Shown piece after piece: positions 28,641 through 38,567 of a DNA stretch of 64,000 nucleotides. The first letter of the stretch is position 1; every line of letters starts with the position of its first letter. The position numbers and the translations under genes are program-made. This stretch comes from an uncultured Clostridia bacterium. Lineage in GTDB: Bacteria > Bacillota > DTU025 > MWDF01. Below the pieces are notes generated by a model. That model ran no database searches. It was not told where the DNA came from and saw only the letters and a list, made by a program, of their open reading frames with translations. The stretch lies in NCBI GenBank assembly GCA_964545975.1, contig CAZJHY010000001.1, forward strand, positions 24,094 through 88,093, written 5' to 3'.

Positions 28641-30506
28641 ATGAAGGACAACAAGATACTTAAGTCGGTCCTGGCGGTGCTTTCGCTCGCCTTTCTGTGC
28701 TTTCATCTCTATACAGCGGTCTACGGCACTTTCATCCCTCAGCTTCAGCGGCCGCTCCACCTGGCGTTCGCCGTCGTAATCGGCTTCCTGGCATATCCCA
28801 TGTTCCAGAAGAGGGACTACAAGTGGCTCGACATAATCCTTGCTCTGATATCGGCAGGGGCTTACGGGTACATTGCCGTGAAAGCCCAGGAGATATCGAT
28901 GAGGCAGACAATGGTGAGCCCCCTTTCGGCTCTTGACCTTATAGTAGGCGCAGTGATCATTGTGCTGCTTCTGGAGCTTACGAGAAGGGCCGTCGGCTGG
29001 ATAATGAGCTTCGTTGCCATAGTATTCCTCATCTATGCCGTGGCGGGCCCTTACTTGCCGGATCTTATCTCCCACAGGGGATTTCCCATCGCGGACCTCA
29101 TCGACTATCAGGTATTCGGCCTGGACGGCATCTATTCCATACCGCTTAGCATCTCTGCGACATACATCGTCCTGTTCATCATCCTGGGCACCTTGATGGA
29201 GTATACCGGGGCGGGCGATGTGATAATGGACATCGGCAAGGCAGTGGCGGGAGGATTCAGAGGCGGCCCCGCAAAGGTCGCGACTATATCCTCAGCCCTG
29301 TTCGGATCGATTTCAGGAAGCGCCGCTGCCAATGTATATGCAACAGGCACCTTCACCATCCCTATGATGAAGAAGATAGGATACAGCCCAGCGTTCTCTG
29401 GGGCCGTCGAGGCTGTCGCATCGACAGGAGGCCAAATAATGCCCCCCGTAATGGGCGCTGCGGCCTTCCTCATGGCTGAGCTTCTGGGAATGCCCTACAT
29501 CGAGATATGCAAAGTGGCCCTCATCCCGGCCATACTCTACTATGTATCCCTGTTCATAGTCCTGGATTTCGAGGCGGCAAGGATAGGAATCAAGGGGCTT
29601 GACAGGAAGGACCTGCCTAAGTGGAAGGACATCCTTCCCAGGCTCTACCTGATGCTTCCCCTGATAGTCCTGGTAGCGATACTTATGATGGGCTATACGC
29701 CGTTCCGCTCCGCTTATTATGCGATAGTGCTCACCTTCGCGCTCAGCTTCTTCAGCAAGAAGACGCGGTTTACAGTAGCGACCTTCATCGACGCAATGGT
29801 AGTGTCGGCGAAGCGCACAGTGATGATAGCGGCAGCCTGCGGGGCGGCGGGCATCGTAATAGGGGTGATAACGCTGACCGGAGTGGGGCTGTCCCTCTCC
29901 AGCGTGATAATCTCCCTGTCAGGCGGAGTGAAGATACTGGCGCTTATCATGGTGATGATATCTGCGATAATCATGGGGATGGGAACCCCCACAACAGTCG
30001 CCTACATCGTTGTATCGACCCTTGCTGTGCCTATCATGAAGGACCTGGGGTACGCAGCCCTTCCCTCGCACCTTTTCGTATTCTACTTTGCTGTGCTCTC
30101 AATGATAACCCCGCCTGTTGCGCTTGCTGCCTATGCGGCGGCTGACATCGCCAAGGAGAGCTCCATGAAAATCGGCTTCACCGCGATGAGGATAGGGGCA
30201 ATCGTGTTCACCATACCGTTCATCTTCCTTCTGGACCCGCCACTTCTCATGCAGGGTTCATGGGGGATGATAGCCTTCAGGTTCGTGATGACGGTGTTCT
30301 CGGCTGTGGCCTTCGCCGGAGCGGCGACAGGATGGTTCGGTAAGAGCATCAATATCATAGGAAGGCTGCTCATGCTAGCGATATTCGGACTGATAATCTC
30401 GCCTGAGACGGTGACTACATTCATCGGTCTGGGCCTTCTCTGTGGGATGTGGTTTCTTAAGGGTCTGTTTGAAGTAAAGCGCGTGGCTAATGCGGGACGC
30501 GCTTAA
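28641..30506 (+). CDS. TRAP transporter fused permease (TAXI-associated DctQM-like)
   Basis: ~620 aa polytopic membrane protein downstream of TAXI SBP; start at ATG 28641 after GGGGGT. Confidence 0.8.
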   Translation: MKDNKILKSVLAVLSLAFLCFHLYTAVYGTFIPQLQRPLHLAFAVVIGFLAYPMFQKRDYKWLDIILALISAGAYGYIAVKAQEISMRQTMVSPLSALDLIVGAVIIVLLLELTRRAVGWIMSFVAIVFLIYAVAGPYLPDLISHRGFPIADLIDYQVFGLDGIYSIPLSISATYIVLFIILGTLMEYTGAGDVIMDIGKAVAGGFRGGPAKVATISSALFGSISGSAAANVYATGTFTIPMMKKIGYSPAFSGAVEAVASTGGQIMPPVMGAAAFLMAELLGMPYIEICKVALIPAILYYVSLFIVLDFEAARIGIKGLDRKDLPKWKDILPRLYLMLPLIVLVAILMMGYTPFRSAYYAIVLTFALSFFSKKTRFTVATFIDAMVVSAKRTVMIAAACGAAGIVIGVITLTGVGLSLSSVIISLSGGVKILALIMVMISAIIMGMGTPTTVAYIVVSTLAVPIMKDLGYAALPSHLFVFYFAVLSMITPPVALAAYAAADIAKESSMKIGFTAMRIGAIVFTIPFIFLLDPPLLMQGSWGMIAFRFVMTVFSAVAFAGAATGWFGKSINIIGRLLMLAIFGLIISPETVTTFIGLGLLCGMWFLKGLFEVKRVANAGRA

Positions 30507-30520
30507 GACGGAGGTTACAT

Positions 30521-30907
30521 ATGCCTGATCTTAGAATGCTTGACGGGGCCATTGCAGGTGTCCTTCATCTGGAGGAGCACTCGGACCTCTTCTCTGAGCT
30601 GAGGGAGTTCCTCACCGAAGGAGGATGGACCGAGGTGGTCATCACAGGATGCGCCGGTTCCCTTGAGAAAGCGGTGGCAAATTACCCCAGGGACATGACG
30701 CTTCCTCCCATAGTGGAGCATGTGGTCATGGAAGGGGCATACGAGGTGTGCACCCTGAACGGGAACGTAACCTGGTACGAGGGGAAACCCAAGGTGCACA
30801 TACACGGATCGTTTGCGGAGAAGGGCACCAAGGTCTACGGAGGGGCCATCGGGGACGGCACCAGGATATTCAAGTCTGCGGACCTGTTCGTCCTCTGCCA
30901 TAAGTAG
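30521..30907 (+). CDS. PPC/DUF296 domain protein
   Basis: ~128 aa; pattern of PPC (plants and prokaryotes conserved) domain; RBS ACGGAGGT. Confidence 0.5.
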   Translation: MPDLRMLDGAIAGVLHLEEHSDLFSELREFLTEGGWTEVVITGCAGSLEKAVANYPRDMTLPPIVEHVVMEGAYEVCTLNGNVTWYEGKPKVHIHGSFAEKGTKVYGGAIGDGTRIFKSADLFVLCHK

Positions 30908-30912
30908 TCGCA

Positions 30913-30941
30913 GCAGCCCGCCTCGACCAGAGGCGGGCTGC
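30913..30941 (+). terminator. stem-loop downstream of PPC gene (weak terminator)
   Basis: GCAGCCCGCCT (loop) AGGCGGGCTGC 11-bp stem; no clear U-tail. Confidence 0.4.
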
Positions 30942-31079
30942 CTCACTGGCAAAACTTTACATAGTGCAATATATATGTTTTAATACTGTTGTCGGTCCGC
31001 CCTCAGGACCGAATTCCATCCTATTGTCATCGATTTGCCGCCAAGGCTTTGTTTACGTAGTTTGAGGGGTGTATACGAA

Positions 31080-31109
31080 ATGACGATTATTACCTGTTGG
31101 CACAGATAA
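31080..31109 (+). other. 9-codon upstream ORF (MTIITCWHR) with its own SD
   Basis: GAGGGGTGTATACGAAATG context repeated at the start of downstream gene 31250. Confidence 0.35.
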
Positions 31110-31249
31110 CTGAATAGGGTTCATGAAGGCGGCGAGGCTCCTGTTCATTCATGTGGGCCTTTCGGTCCTTCGCTTTCCCGCGGAGGGGGCTTAACCTCCC
31201 CGCTTCAAGATAGAACCGGTGCTGTTTACTAAGAAAGGGGTGTCTACAA

Positions 31250-31618
31250 ATGGCTTCAGTAAGGGATCTGACTTCATTCATCAGAAGACCGGGCGCGTTC
31301 GAGAGCATAAGGTGTGGAGTATGCGGAAGCATATGTGATGTGGAGAGGGGCGCGATGGGGCCTACGTGCTTCGTGGAGGCCATGGCCGGCAGGTCAAGAG
31401 AACATGACAGGTTCGAGTGCCCTCACACAGGCGAGGCTTGGCACGACAGGTGCCTCATATTCCACTCTGCATGGAGGCACATCGACGACTGGGAGCTGAC
31501 AGAAGTCGCCCGCGAGGAGCTTCTGGCGGCAGTGAGGGAGAATGCCGGGGGCGACAATGCTGAATGGGTGGAATCCGCCTCCGAATGCGAAGGCGGCGCG
31601 GTCAGGTGGCGGGAATAA
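31250..31618 (+). CDS. hypothetical Cys/His-rich small protein
   Basis: CGVCGSIC...CPH...C motifs; RBS GAAAGGGG; terminator downstream. Confidence 0.5.
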   Translation: MASVRDLTSFIRRPGAFESIRCGVCGSICDVERGAMGPTCFVEAMAGRSREHDRFECPHTGEAWHDRCLIFHSAWRHIDDWELTEVAREELLAAVRENAGGDNAEWVESASECEGGAVRWRE

Positions 31619-31637
31619 GGGTACTGCTTGAACAGTT

Positions 31638-31665
31638 AGGAGGGCGCAAGCCCTCCTTTATTCTT
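31638..31665 (+). terminator. rho-independent terminator
   Basis: AGGAGGGC GCAA GCCCTCCT followed by TTATTCTT. Confidence 0.7.
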
Positions 31666-31772
31666 ATGGTATATTCCTGCGCTTTTTGGTATTAATTATT
31701 TCATATGGATATCGGGAAAAGGTAGCGTCCTTCGGCAGGAACTAGCCTCGGTTATCTTCAGGGAGGGAACAT

Positions 31773-32711
31773 ATGCCGTTCAGCAGGAACGAAAAGATGG
31801 GATATGCAGCGTTTTTAGGAGCCTCGCTCATCTGGGGCTTCTCTTTCATGTTCACCAAGAGGGCGCTTGACCACTTGGACGGGAGGCTGTTCGACCTTCT
31901 GACATACAGGTTTGTAATCAGCTCCGCAGTCATGCTAATCCTGTGGGCGGCAAAGGCAATAAAGATAGACTTCAGGGGCAAGGACATGAAGGGCCTAATG
32001 GTGATGGCTATACTTCAACCCGGCGCCTACTTCATCTTCGAGACCATGGGCATCGACAGGGTGGCGACCTCTGAAGTGGGCCTCATCCTAGCGATGTTCC
32101 CCATAGTCACGACCGTCTTCGGCGTAGCCTTCCTGAAAGAGAAGGTCACGTCGAAGCACTGGGGATTCATCATCTTCTCCGTGATAGGCGTGGTAATAAT
32201 AAACGGGTTCGGATACAAACCGGGAAGCAGCACCAACCTGGGAAGGCTACTTCTGATGATGGCGGTGCTAATCGGCACTATTTACAACATGCTTTCAAGG
32301 AAGCTGTCCACTCAGTTCACAGCCGAGGAGAGGACGCTTGCGATGATGGTCCTCGGTGCGGTATTCTTCGGGGCCATCTCCCTGACAAACCACATCAAGG
32401 CGGGAACGCTTGGCATGCTAGTGACCAGCCTCATTGATCCAAGCTTCACTTTCTCTATCGCCTACCTATCTATAGGCTGCTCGCTGTTGGCCTTCTTCTT
32501 CGTCAGCTTTTCGGCAACGCACCTTGAGCTTTCCAGGGCTTCCGTGCTGGGTAACACCAACACGCTTGTGTCGGTTCTGGCCGGAGTTCTGATTCTGAAG
32601 GAGCCCTTCTATTGGTACCACGTCCTGGGGGGCCTGGTGATAGTATCAGGCGTCATAGGTGCGGCGCTTGCATCAAGGGCTATGGTGAGCGATACAAGGA
32701 AGCTGACCTAA
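31773..32711 (+). CDS. DMT superfamily (EamA) transporter
   Basis: 10-TM duplicated EamA pattern. Confidence 0.75.
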   Translation: MPFSRNEKMGYAAFLGASLIWGFSFMFTKRALDHLDGRLFDLLTYRFVISSAVMLILWAAKAIKIDFRGKDMKGLMVMAILQPGAYFIFETMGIDRVATSEVGLILAMFPIVTTVFGVAFLKEKVTSKHWGFIIFSVIGVVIINGFGYKPGSSTNLGRLLLMMAVLIGTIYNMLSRKLSTQFTAEERTLAMMVLGAVFFGAISLTNHIKAGTLGMLVTSLIDPSFTFSIAYLSIGCSLLAFFFVSFSATHLELSRASVLGNTNTLVSVLAGVLILKEPFYWYHVLGGLVIVSGVIGAALASRAMVSDTRKLT

Positions 32712-32895
32712 GGTCGGTAAGGCTGACATTGCCGTCCGCCTGATGCATCATTTTGCCTGGGGAAACCTGCACCCCTGGCGTTCTATCTTTCTGCGCCAGA
32801 TTCATAATATTATAAGGTTATCAGGGGAAATGTAAACAAGTGCTTCAGTAGTAAGGTCCAGTTGCAAGCCTTGAAGAAGGAAAGCGGTGGAGACG

Positions 32896-34758
32896 ATGAG
32901 AGAAACCATTGTTATCGGTGCAGGGCTGTCGGGTCTGGCAGCAGCAAGCCTTTTAGCCAAAAGGGGACTTAAGGTTACCGTCGTGGAGCACGCATTCAAG
33001 CCGGGCGGCTCATGCGGCATCTTCAAAAGGGACGGAGCGATATTCGACCAAGGCGCCGCGATGATGTACGGTTTCGGCAAAAGGGGCTTCAACTCCCATC
33101 GCTTCATATTCAACTGCCTTGAAGAACCTATAGACGTGATTAGAAACGAAGCGCTCTACGACGTCCATTACCAAGGGCACAGGATCAGGTTCCATAGGGA
33201 CATCGACAGGTACATCGATGAGCTGACAAAGGTGTTTCCGAACGAGAAGGAGAACCTCAGGCGCTTCTACGCAGACATGAAGGTGCTCTACAATGACGTT
33301 ATAGCAAACGAACCCAACTTCACGACTCCGGACAGGACCGACCGTATAGGGGCTATAAAGCAGGTGCTTAAGCACCCGGTCTCCTTCATCAAGTTCCTTA
33401 CATACCTGAACAGGAGCACTGAGAGCGTCCTCAGGAGCTACTTCAAGGATGGGGCGATACTGGCCTACTTCAACAAGCTCACTTCGACATACTGCTATAC
33501 TGATGTATCCGAGACACCTGCTGTAATGGCCGCTGTGATGTTCGTTGACAACCATATGGGCGGAAGCTTCTACCCCAAAGGCTCCACCATATTCGTTCCA
33601 GGTAAGCTAGAGAAGTCGATAGAGGAGCATGGGGGCACCATGCTTTACGAGAAGACTGTAGAGAGGATATTGGTGGAGAACAACAGGGCTACGGGCGTCC
33701 TGCTTGATGACGGCACCCGGCTAATGGCCGACGCAGTCATTTACTCAGGCACTGTATGGAACCTCTATGGCAAGCTTCTTGAGGATGCGCCGGTACCTGA
33801 TACCAGGAGGAAGTGGGCGCAGGGCCTCAAAGCCTCTTATCCGAGCGTTCTTCTGTACACCATCGTGAAAAAGGATGCCATCCCGGAAGGCACCGGCCCC
33901 ATCACTCTTTTCTCGAACGACTCGGACCGCCTCGACGATAACGAGGTCACTACCTATATCTTCAGCATCGACGACCCTTCCATATGCCCTCCGGACTGCC
34001 ATGCGGTGACTGTCATAGGGCCTACCTACAAGAAGTGGCCCGAATTCACCGAGCGCTATCAGTCCTCAGAAGAGTACAGGAGGCTCAAGTCCGAGGAGGA
34101 AGAAAGGCTTCTTGCCCTTCTTGAAAGCAAGTTCCCCGGCTTCAGCTCGAAGGTGGTGCACAAGGAGGTGGCAACGCCCCTTAGCATAGAAAGGTATACC
34201 ATGAAGAACCGCGGAAGCGTGGCAGGCCCGCTGCAGTCCATGGGGCAGCACATGTTCAGGAGGCTTCATATCAATTCTGAGTTCACAGGGCTGTACTATT
34301 GCGGGGAATCGACGATCATGGGCACCGGGACTCCGACTGTCACAGTCTCTGGGATCAGCGCGGCGAACGCCCTTCTTAAGGAGCTTGGCATGGAGGAGTT
34401 CAAATATCGCGAGGGGATGAAGGATTACGTGCGCGAGCATGCTCCCGGAGCAGTCGTCGTACAGGACGAAGAGCCGAAGGGCGATATAACCGAGCTGGCT
34501 AGGCTTGCGTGGAGATGCGAATTCTGCGAGCATCCGGCCTGTATGGCTGGCATCGGGCTTGATATCCGCGGCATCAACAGGAGGCTTGCTGTAGGCAACG
34601 TCTGCGGAGCAAACAAGCTGGCAAAAGCCTCCCCGCAAGCAGATGACGCCCTTGAAGCTGCCGAGAGAAGGTGCGTGCTCGGCAGGAGGGGCGAGCCGGT
34701 CGCAATCAAGAGGATCATAGGCATGCTTACGAGAACAGAAGACCCGGATTGTATGTGA
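32896..34758 (+). CDS. FAD-dependent oxidoreductase, phytoene desaturase (CrtI)/amine-oxidase-like, with Cys-rich C-terminal extension
   Basis: Rossmann GAGLSGLAAA...VVE; C-terminal CEFCEHPAC...C...C tail. Confidence 0.7.
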   Translation: MRETIVIGAGLSGLAAASLLAKRGLKVTVVEHAFKPGGSCGIFKRDGAIFDQGAAMMYGFGKRGFNSHRFIFNCLEEPIDVIRNEALYDVHYQGHRIRFHRDIDRYIDELTKVFPNEKENLRRFYADMKVLYNDVIANEPNFTTPDRTDRIGAIKQVLKHPVSFIKFLTYLNRSTESVLRSYFKDGAILAYFNKLTSTYCYTDVSETPAVMAAVMFVDNHMGGSFYPKGSTIFVPGKLEKSIEEHGGTMLYEKTVERILVENNRATGVLLDDGTRLMADAVIYSGTVWNLYGKLLEDAPVPDTRRKWAQGLKASYPSVLLYTIVKKDAIPEGTGPITLFSNDSDRLDDNEVTTYIFSIDDPSICPPDCHAVTVIGPTYKKWPEFTERYQSSEEYRRLKSEEEERLLALLESKFPGFSSKVVHKEVATPLSIERYTMKNRGSVAGPLQSMGQHMFRRLHINSEFTGLYYCGESTIMGTGTPTVTVSGISAANALLKELGMEEFKYREGMKDYVREHAPGAVVVQDEEPKGDITELARLAWRCEFCEHPACMAGIGLDIRGINRRLAVGNVCGANKLAKASPQADDALEAAERRCVLGRRGEPVAIKRIIGMLTRTEDPDCM

Positions 34759-35101
34759 AAATATTCACAGCTAAGCGAAGGAATCCGCCCAAGAGCCATA
34801 CAAGCAAATAAGAGTCACAATACTGCCTGAGGCCTTTCCTTAGCTCGAACAAGGACGGAACGGGCATACTACGCTCCGTATATGGCGATTTCACTGCTAC
34901 TGCAACTATCATTGCTAAGTAGACCTGGAAACAGCGGCAACCGGAGAGGCGACCAATCAGTAAGCCATGGCTTACCGGAACCGCCGGAGCCAACTGCCCC
35001 AATTTGAAAATGGTATAATCCTCAGTAATGATGCGACCTGGCGGGATGCCGGGTCGTTCGGGCGCCGAGGGCAGAAAAGCTTCGCGCCCGGGAGGGATAC
35101 C

Positions 35102-35758
35102 ATGGCAGCGGACCCAAGGCAGGAGATAGTTTCGACAGGGCAGTACCTTCTTTCCCATCAGCTCGCATGGGGAAGCACCGGCAACATCAGCGCGCGCTTC
35201 GACGACAGCTCATTTTTCATAAGCGCATCAGGTGCGAGCCTCGGGACCCTTACGACCGAGAGCCTCTCTTTGTGCAAGGTCAACGGCGAGATGGTCACCC
35301 ACAACGTAACCCCGTCGAAAGAGCATAGGGTGCACGCCGCAGTCTATATAAACGATCCGAAGGCGCGGGCCGTGATACACACTTCGCCTCCTTATGTGTC
35401 GCTGATAGCGGCAGCCAGGAATTTCGGGGATTTCACCGTGGAGCATTTCATCGAAGCGGCTGTCATGCTGCAGAAGGTAGCATGGATAACGTTCATGCTG
35501 CCCGGAAGCGCTGAGATAATTGAGGCTGTTGGTAAAGCAGCAAAGGAATCCGATGTGCTCATGATGCAGAACCACGGCATCATGGTGACAGGCGAGAGCA
35601 TGAGGAAGGCGCTCAACAAGGTGGACACTATGGAGTTCCTTTGCCGCATGGTTATAACCGCCAGGTCCGCCGGGATAGACCTCAGGGCGCTTTCTAGGGA
35701 AGAGCTGGAGATGCTTCTAAGCGATTCGCGAGCAAGGAACCTAAACTACGGCTCCTGA
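35102..35758 (+). CDS. class II aldolase/adducin family protein
   Basis: AWGSTGNISAR, HTSPPYV motifs; start at ATG 35102. Confidence 0.7.
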   Translation: MAADPRQEIVSTGQYLLSHQLAWGSTGNISARFDDSSFFISASGASLGTLTTESLSLCKVNGEMVTHNVTPSKEHRVHAAVYINDPKARAVIHTSPPYVSLIAAARNFGDFTVEHFIEAAVMLQKVAWITFMLPGSAEIIEAVGKAAKESDVLMMQNHGIMVTGESMRKALNKVDTMEFLCRMVITARSAGIDLRALSREELEMLLSDSRARNLNYGS

Positions 35759-35856
35759 TTTGTTAGAATCCATAGCAGGGAAAGCCTGTTCCCGACCATC
35801 TAAAGTAGGGATTAACTATCATCACCACTGCACTGGTCTGCTAGAGAGATTCGGCA

Positions 35857-37152
35857 GTGGCGGATTTCTGCTCGGAGGATATGGCAATGAACAAGATGAA
35901 ACAAGAGCATATTAGGGCTGGTAAAGGCGAAGTCCTTTTCTTCATTGTCCTCCTTGCCGCTTATTTTCTTACATACTTTTTCAGAGTGTCAGCCTCTGTG
36001 GTTATGCCCATGATTGCTTCTCAGTGGGGGCTTACTGCCACCATTACAGGGCTTCTTTCATCAATGTACTTCTATACATATGCCTTGATGCAACCGATAA
36101 GTGGCGTGCTTAACGACAGCTTCGGACCCTCCAGGGTAGTGTCGGCAGGACTGCTTGTCGCAGGATCGGGGGCTCTGCTGATGGCTTTCGCAAGAGGGGC
36201 TTTTATAATGGGACTGGGACGCCTTCTGACAGGGCTCGGTCTTGCGCCGATGCTGTCCGGAGCCCTTGTTTTCCAGGGCGCTGCCTTTAACCCGGAAAGG
36301 TATTCGACATATTCAGGACTAATTCTGTTCATCGGAAACTTGGGAGCGGTAAGCTCTGTGGTGCCTCTTCAGAAGGCGTTGGACGCATGGGGAAGAGAGA
36401 GCGTTTTCACTGGCATATTCCTTATCACGTTATTAATCGCAGCCTTGCTCATCATAGGAAGAGGGTTTGACAAGGTTGCAATTCGGAGCACAGGCAGAAA
36501 AACATCATTATTAGTTGCCATCAAAGGCCTTGGTCCAGCTTTTAAGGTAGTTTTCTCTTCGAGGCCACTAATTGCGATTACTTTCATATGGTGCGGTTCG
36601 ATGAGCGCGCTTATGTCCTTGCAAGGCTTATGGGCAGTGACATGGAGCAGGCAGATCTATGGATCGGGAGAAGGAGTTGCCGGTCTATGGGCAACCTTGA
36701 TAGGAGTAGGTGTAATGGCAGGAAGTCTTGCGGGTGCATCGGTTCTTATGAACAGGAAGCGACGCAGAATGGCTGTGGTGCAACTACAGGTTCTACTCCT
36801 GGCTTCATGGGCGGTTCTTCTTGCTGGCATGCACTATGTATTGCCATTCTGGTTCACTGCGGGAGTATGCTTTCTAATCGGAGCGATTGTTGGGTTCTTG
36901 CATACGCATCTTACCGCGGCAGTGAACGAGCTTGCTCCTGTAGGGCAGGGAGGTTCTGTGTTCGGGGCAGCTAACATGCTCATCTTCGGCTCTGTGATAA
37001 TCATGCAGTCATTAACCGGGGTAATCATAACGAGGATATCAGGAGGAAGCGGATACAGCTCTGAAGCATTCCTGGGAGCCTTTGGCATGGTAGGGTTAGT
37101 GTTGCTGCTAGGAATGCTTGCAGTACCAGCATTATTAAGTGAAGATAGATGA
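35857..37152 (+). CDS. MFS transporter
   Basis: 12-TM pattern; start may be ATG 35881. Confidence 0.75.
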   Translation: MADFCSEDMAMNKMKQEHIRAGKGEVLFFIVLLAAYFLTYFFRVSASVVMPMIASQWGLTATITGLLSSMYFYTYALMQPISGVLNDSFGPSRVVSAGLLVAGSGALLMAFARGAFIMGLGRLLTGLGLAPMLSGALVFQGAAFNPERYSTYSGLILFIGNLGAVSSVVPLQKALDAWGRESVFTGIFLITLLIAALLIIGRGFDKVAIRSTGRKTSLLVAIKGLGPAFKVVFSSRPLIAITFIWCGSMSALMSLQGLWAVTWSRQIYGSGEGVAGLWATLIGVGVMAGSLAGASVLMNRKRRRMAVVQLQVLLLASWAVLLAGMHYVLPFWFTAGVCFLIGAIVGFLHTHLTAAVNELAPVGQGGSVFGAANMLIFGSVIIMQSLTGVIITRISGGSGYSSEAFLGAFGMVGLVLLLGMLAVPALLSEDR

Positions 37153-37651
37153 ATCTGCACAAGCGCTCCGCGTAAAGCAGCAACCATGATGCTAGTCAAT
37201 AATAGTGGAGTAATCGGCGATAAAATGGCTATCTGAGGGAGCAGAGACATGAAGAGGAGCATGAACTTCCGTGCTCAAGAAGTTCAGCTGGGTTCACCAG
37301 TCGAGGAAATATTCTAAAAATGCTAACCAGAGAGCATTTCTTAGGCGGAGACTGTGTTCGTAGGGATTCCTCCGGAAGGCATTTGTCCTGAAGTAATATT
37401 AATCAGGAAAACTCTAAGTTCAGGGAGGCACTTGAGGAGCCAGGCATGGATAGGGTCATGTTGCAGGATTCGTAATCCTATCAGAAGAATTCTGTAACCT
37501 ACCCGCCACTGCAAGATAATCCGCATGTATCGCTCTAAGGCAATAGAAGCAAGTGCAGGCTTCCTAGGAAAAAAGGCTAGCAATCACATGCGCATTCGTG
37601 GCGCCATTTAAGAGAAGAGGTCTTTGTGTGGCAGGGGAGAAAGGGAAGATC

Positions 37652-38182
37652 ATGGACAAAAACATTGAAGCTAAGTTAATTAAAAGGGCATTTGAAACAG
37701 GGTTCAATTATGAGAAGACTTATCGCGGGTGCGCACAGTGCACATTGGCAACTTTCTTCGACATTTCCGGGCACACGGATCCTGCACTTTTCAAAGCTGC
37801 AAGCGGTTTATCGGCCGGAATCGGAATCAATGGAGACGGTTCCTGTGGCGGATACACAGGAGGGGTGCTCTTCATGAGTTCGCTCGTTGGGCGCAGGCTT
37901 GATCGCATACCTATCGATAGAGACAGGGCAGCCCAGCTGAAATCCTATGAGATGGCGCAAAAGCTCCATGACAAGTTCATTGAGACTTATGGCAGCGTCA
38001 CTTGTGCTGAGATTCATAAGAGCATCTTCGGTAAGTCCTATTGCTTAAGGGAACCTGGAGTACTGGAAGCATTCGAAGAGGCGGGCGCCCATGTTGATAA
38101 GTGCACAACCGTTGTAGGGAATGCATGTGCCTGGGTGGCGAAAATTCTAATAGACGAAGGATTGCTCAATATCGAAGAATGA
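37652..38182 (+). CDS. C_GCAxxG_C_C family protein
   Basis: YRGCAQCTLATF motif and downstream Cys pair. Confidence 0.65.
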   Translation: MDKNIEAKLIKRAFETGFNYEKTYRGCAQCTLATFFDISGHTDPALFKAASGLSAGIGINGDGSCGGYTGGVLFMSSLVGRRLDRIPIDRDRAAQLKSYEMAQKLHDKFIETYGSVTCAEIHKSIFGKSYCLREPGVLEAFEEAGAHVDKCTTVVGNACAWVAKILIDEGLLNIEE

Positions 38183-38567
38183 TGCCCTGGGTGTTCCAAT
38201 TTACCTCGAGCAATACTGGCTTCGTCATTCTGAATTGCCCTCATGCGAGAATTCCCATTTATGAGGTTTGAGGTGGATTTCCATTTGGTGAGGCTCGGGC
38301 ATATCTTCAGTGGCAGAGTGCAGAAGGCAAAGCGCCTTATTGTTGTTGTCCTGCTAGGCGCGGACGATGACCATCTTTCTGCTGATTGGCCAACTAAAGG
38401 TAAGGGGAACGCAGGTCATATTGTTGAATGCAGAAATGCACGGAAATCTCTGTGCCGTTTAGCTAACAATGGAAACCGGTTCATTAGCAATACCTGTATA
38501 AAGGGAATGGCTATGATGACGTAGAAGATACCCACATATGAAGGATGATAGCTAAGGAGATGTTTAT

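Noticed and set aside
37341-37583. 80-aa minus-strand ORF in the long MFS/C_GCAxxG intergenic region
   Set aside because: No RBS, low-complexity sequence, no recognisable motifs; the region is more likely non-coding or decayed.
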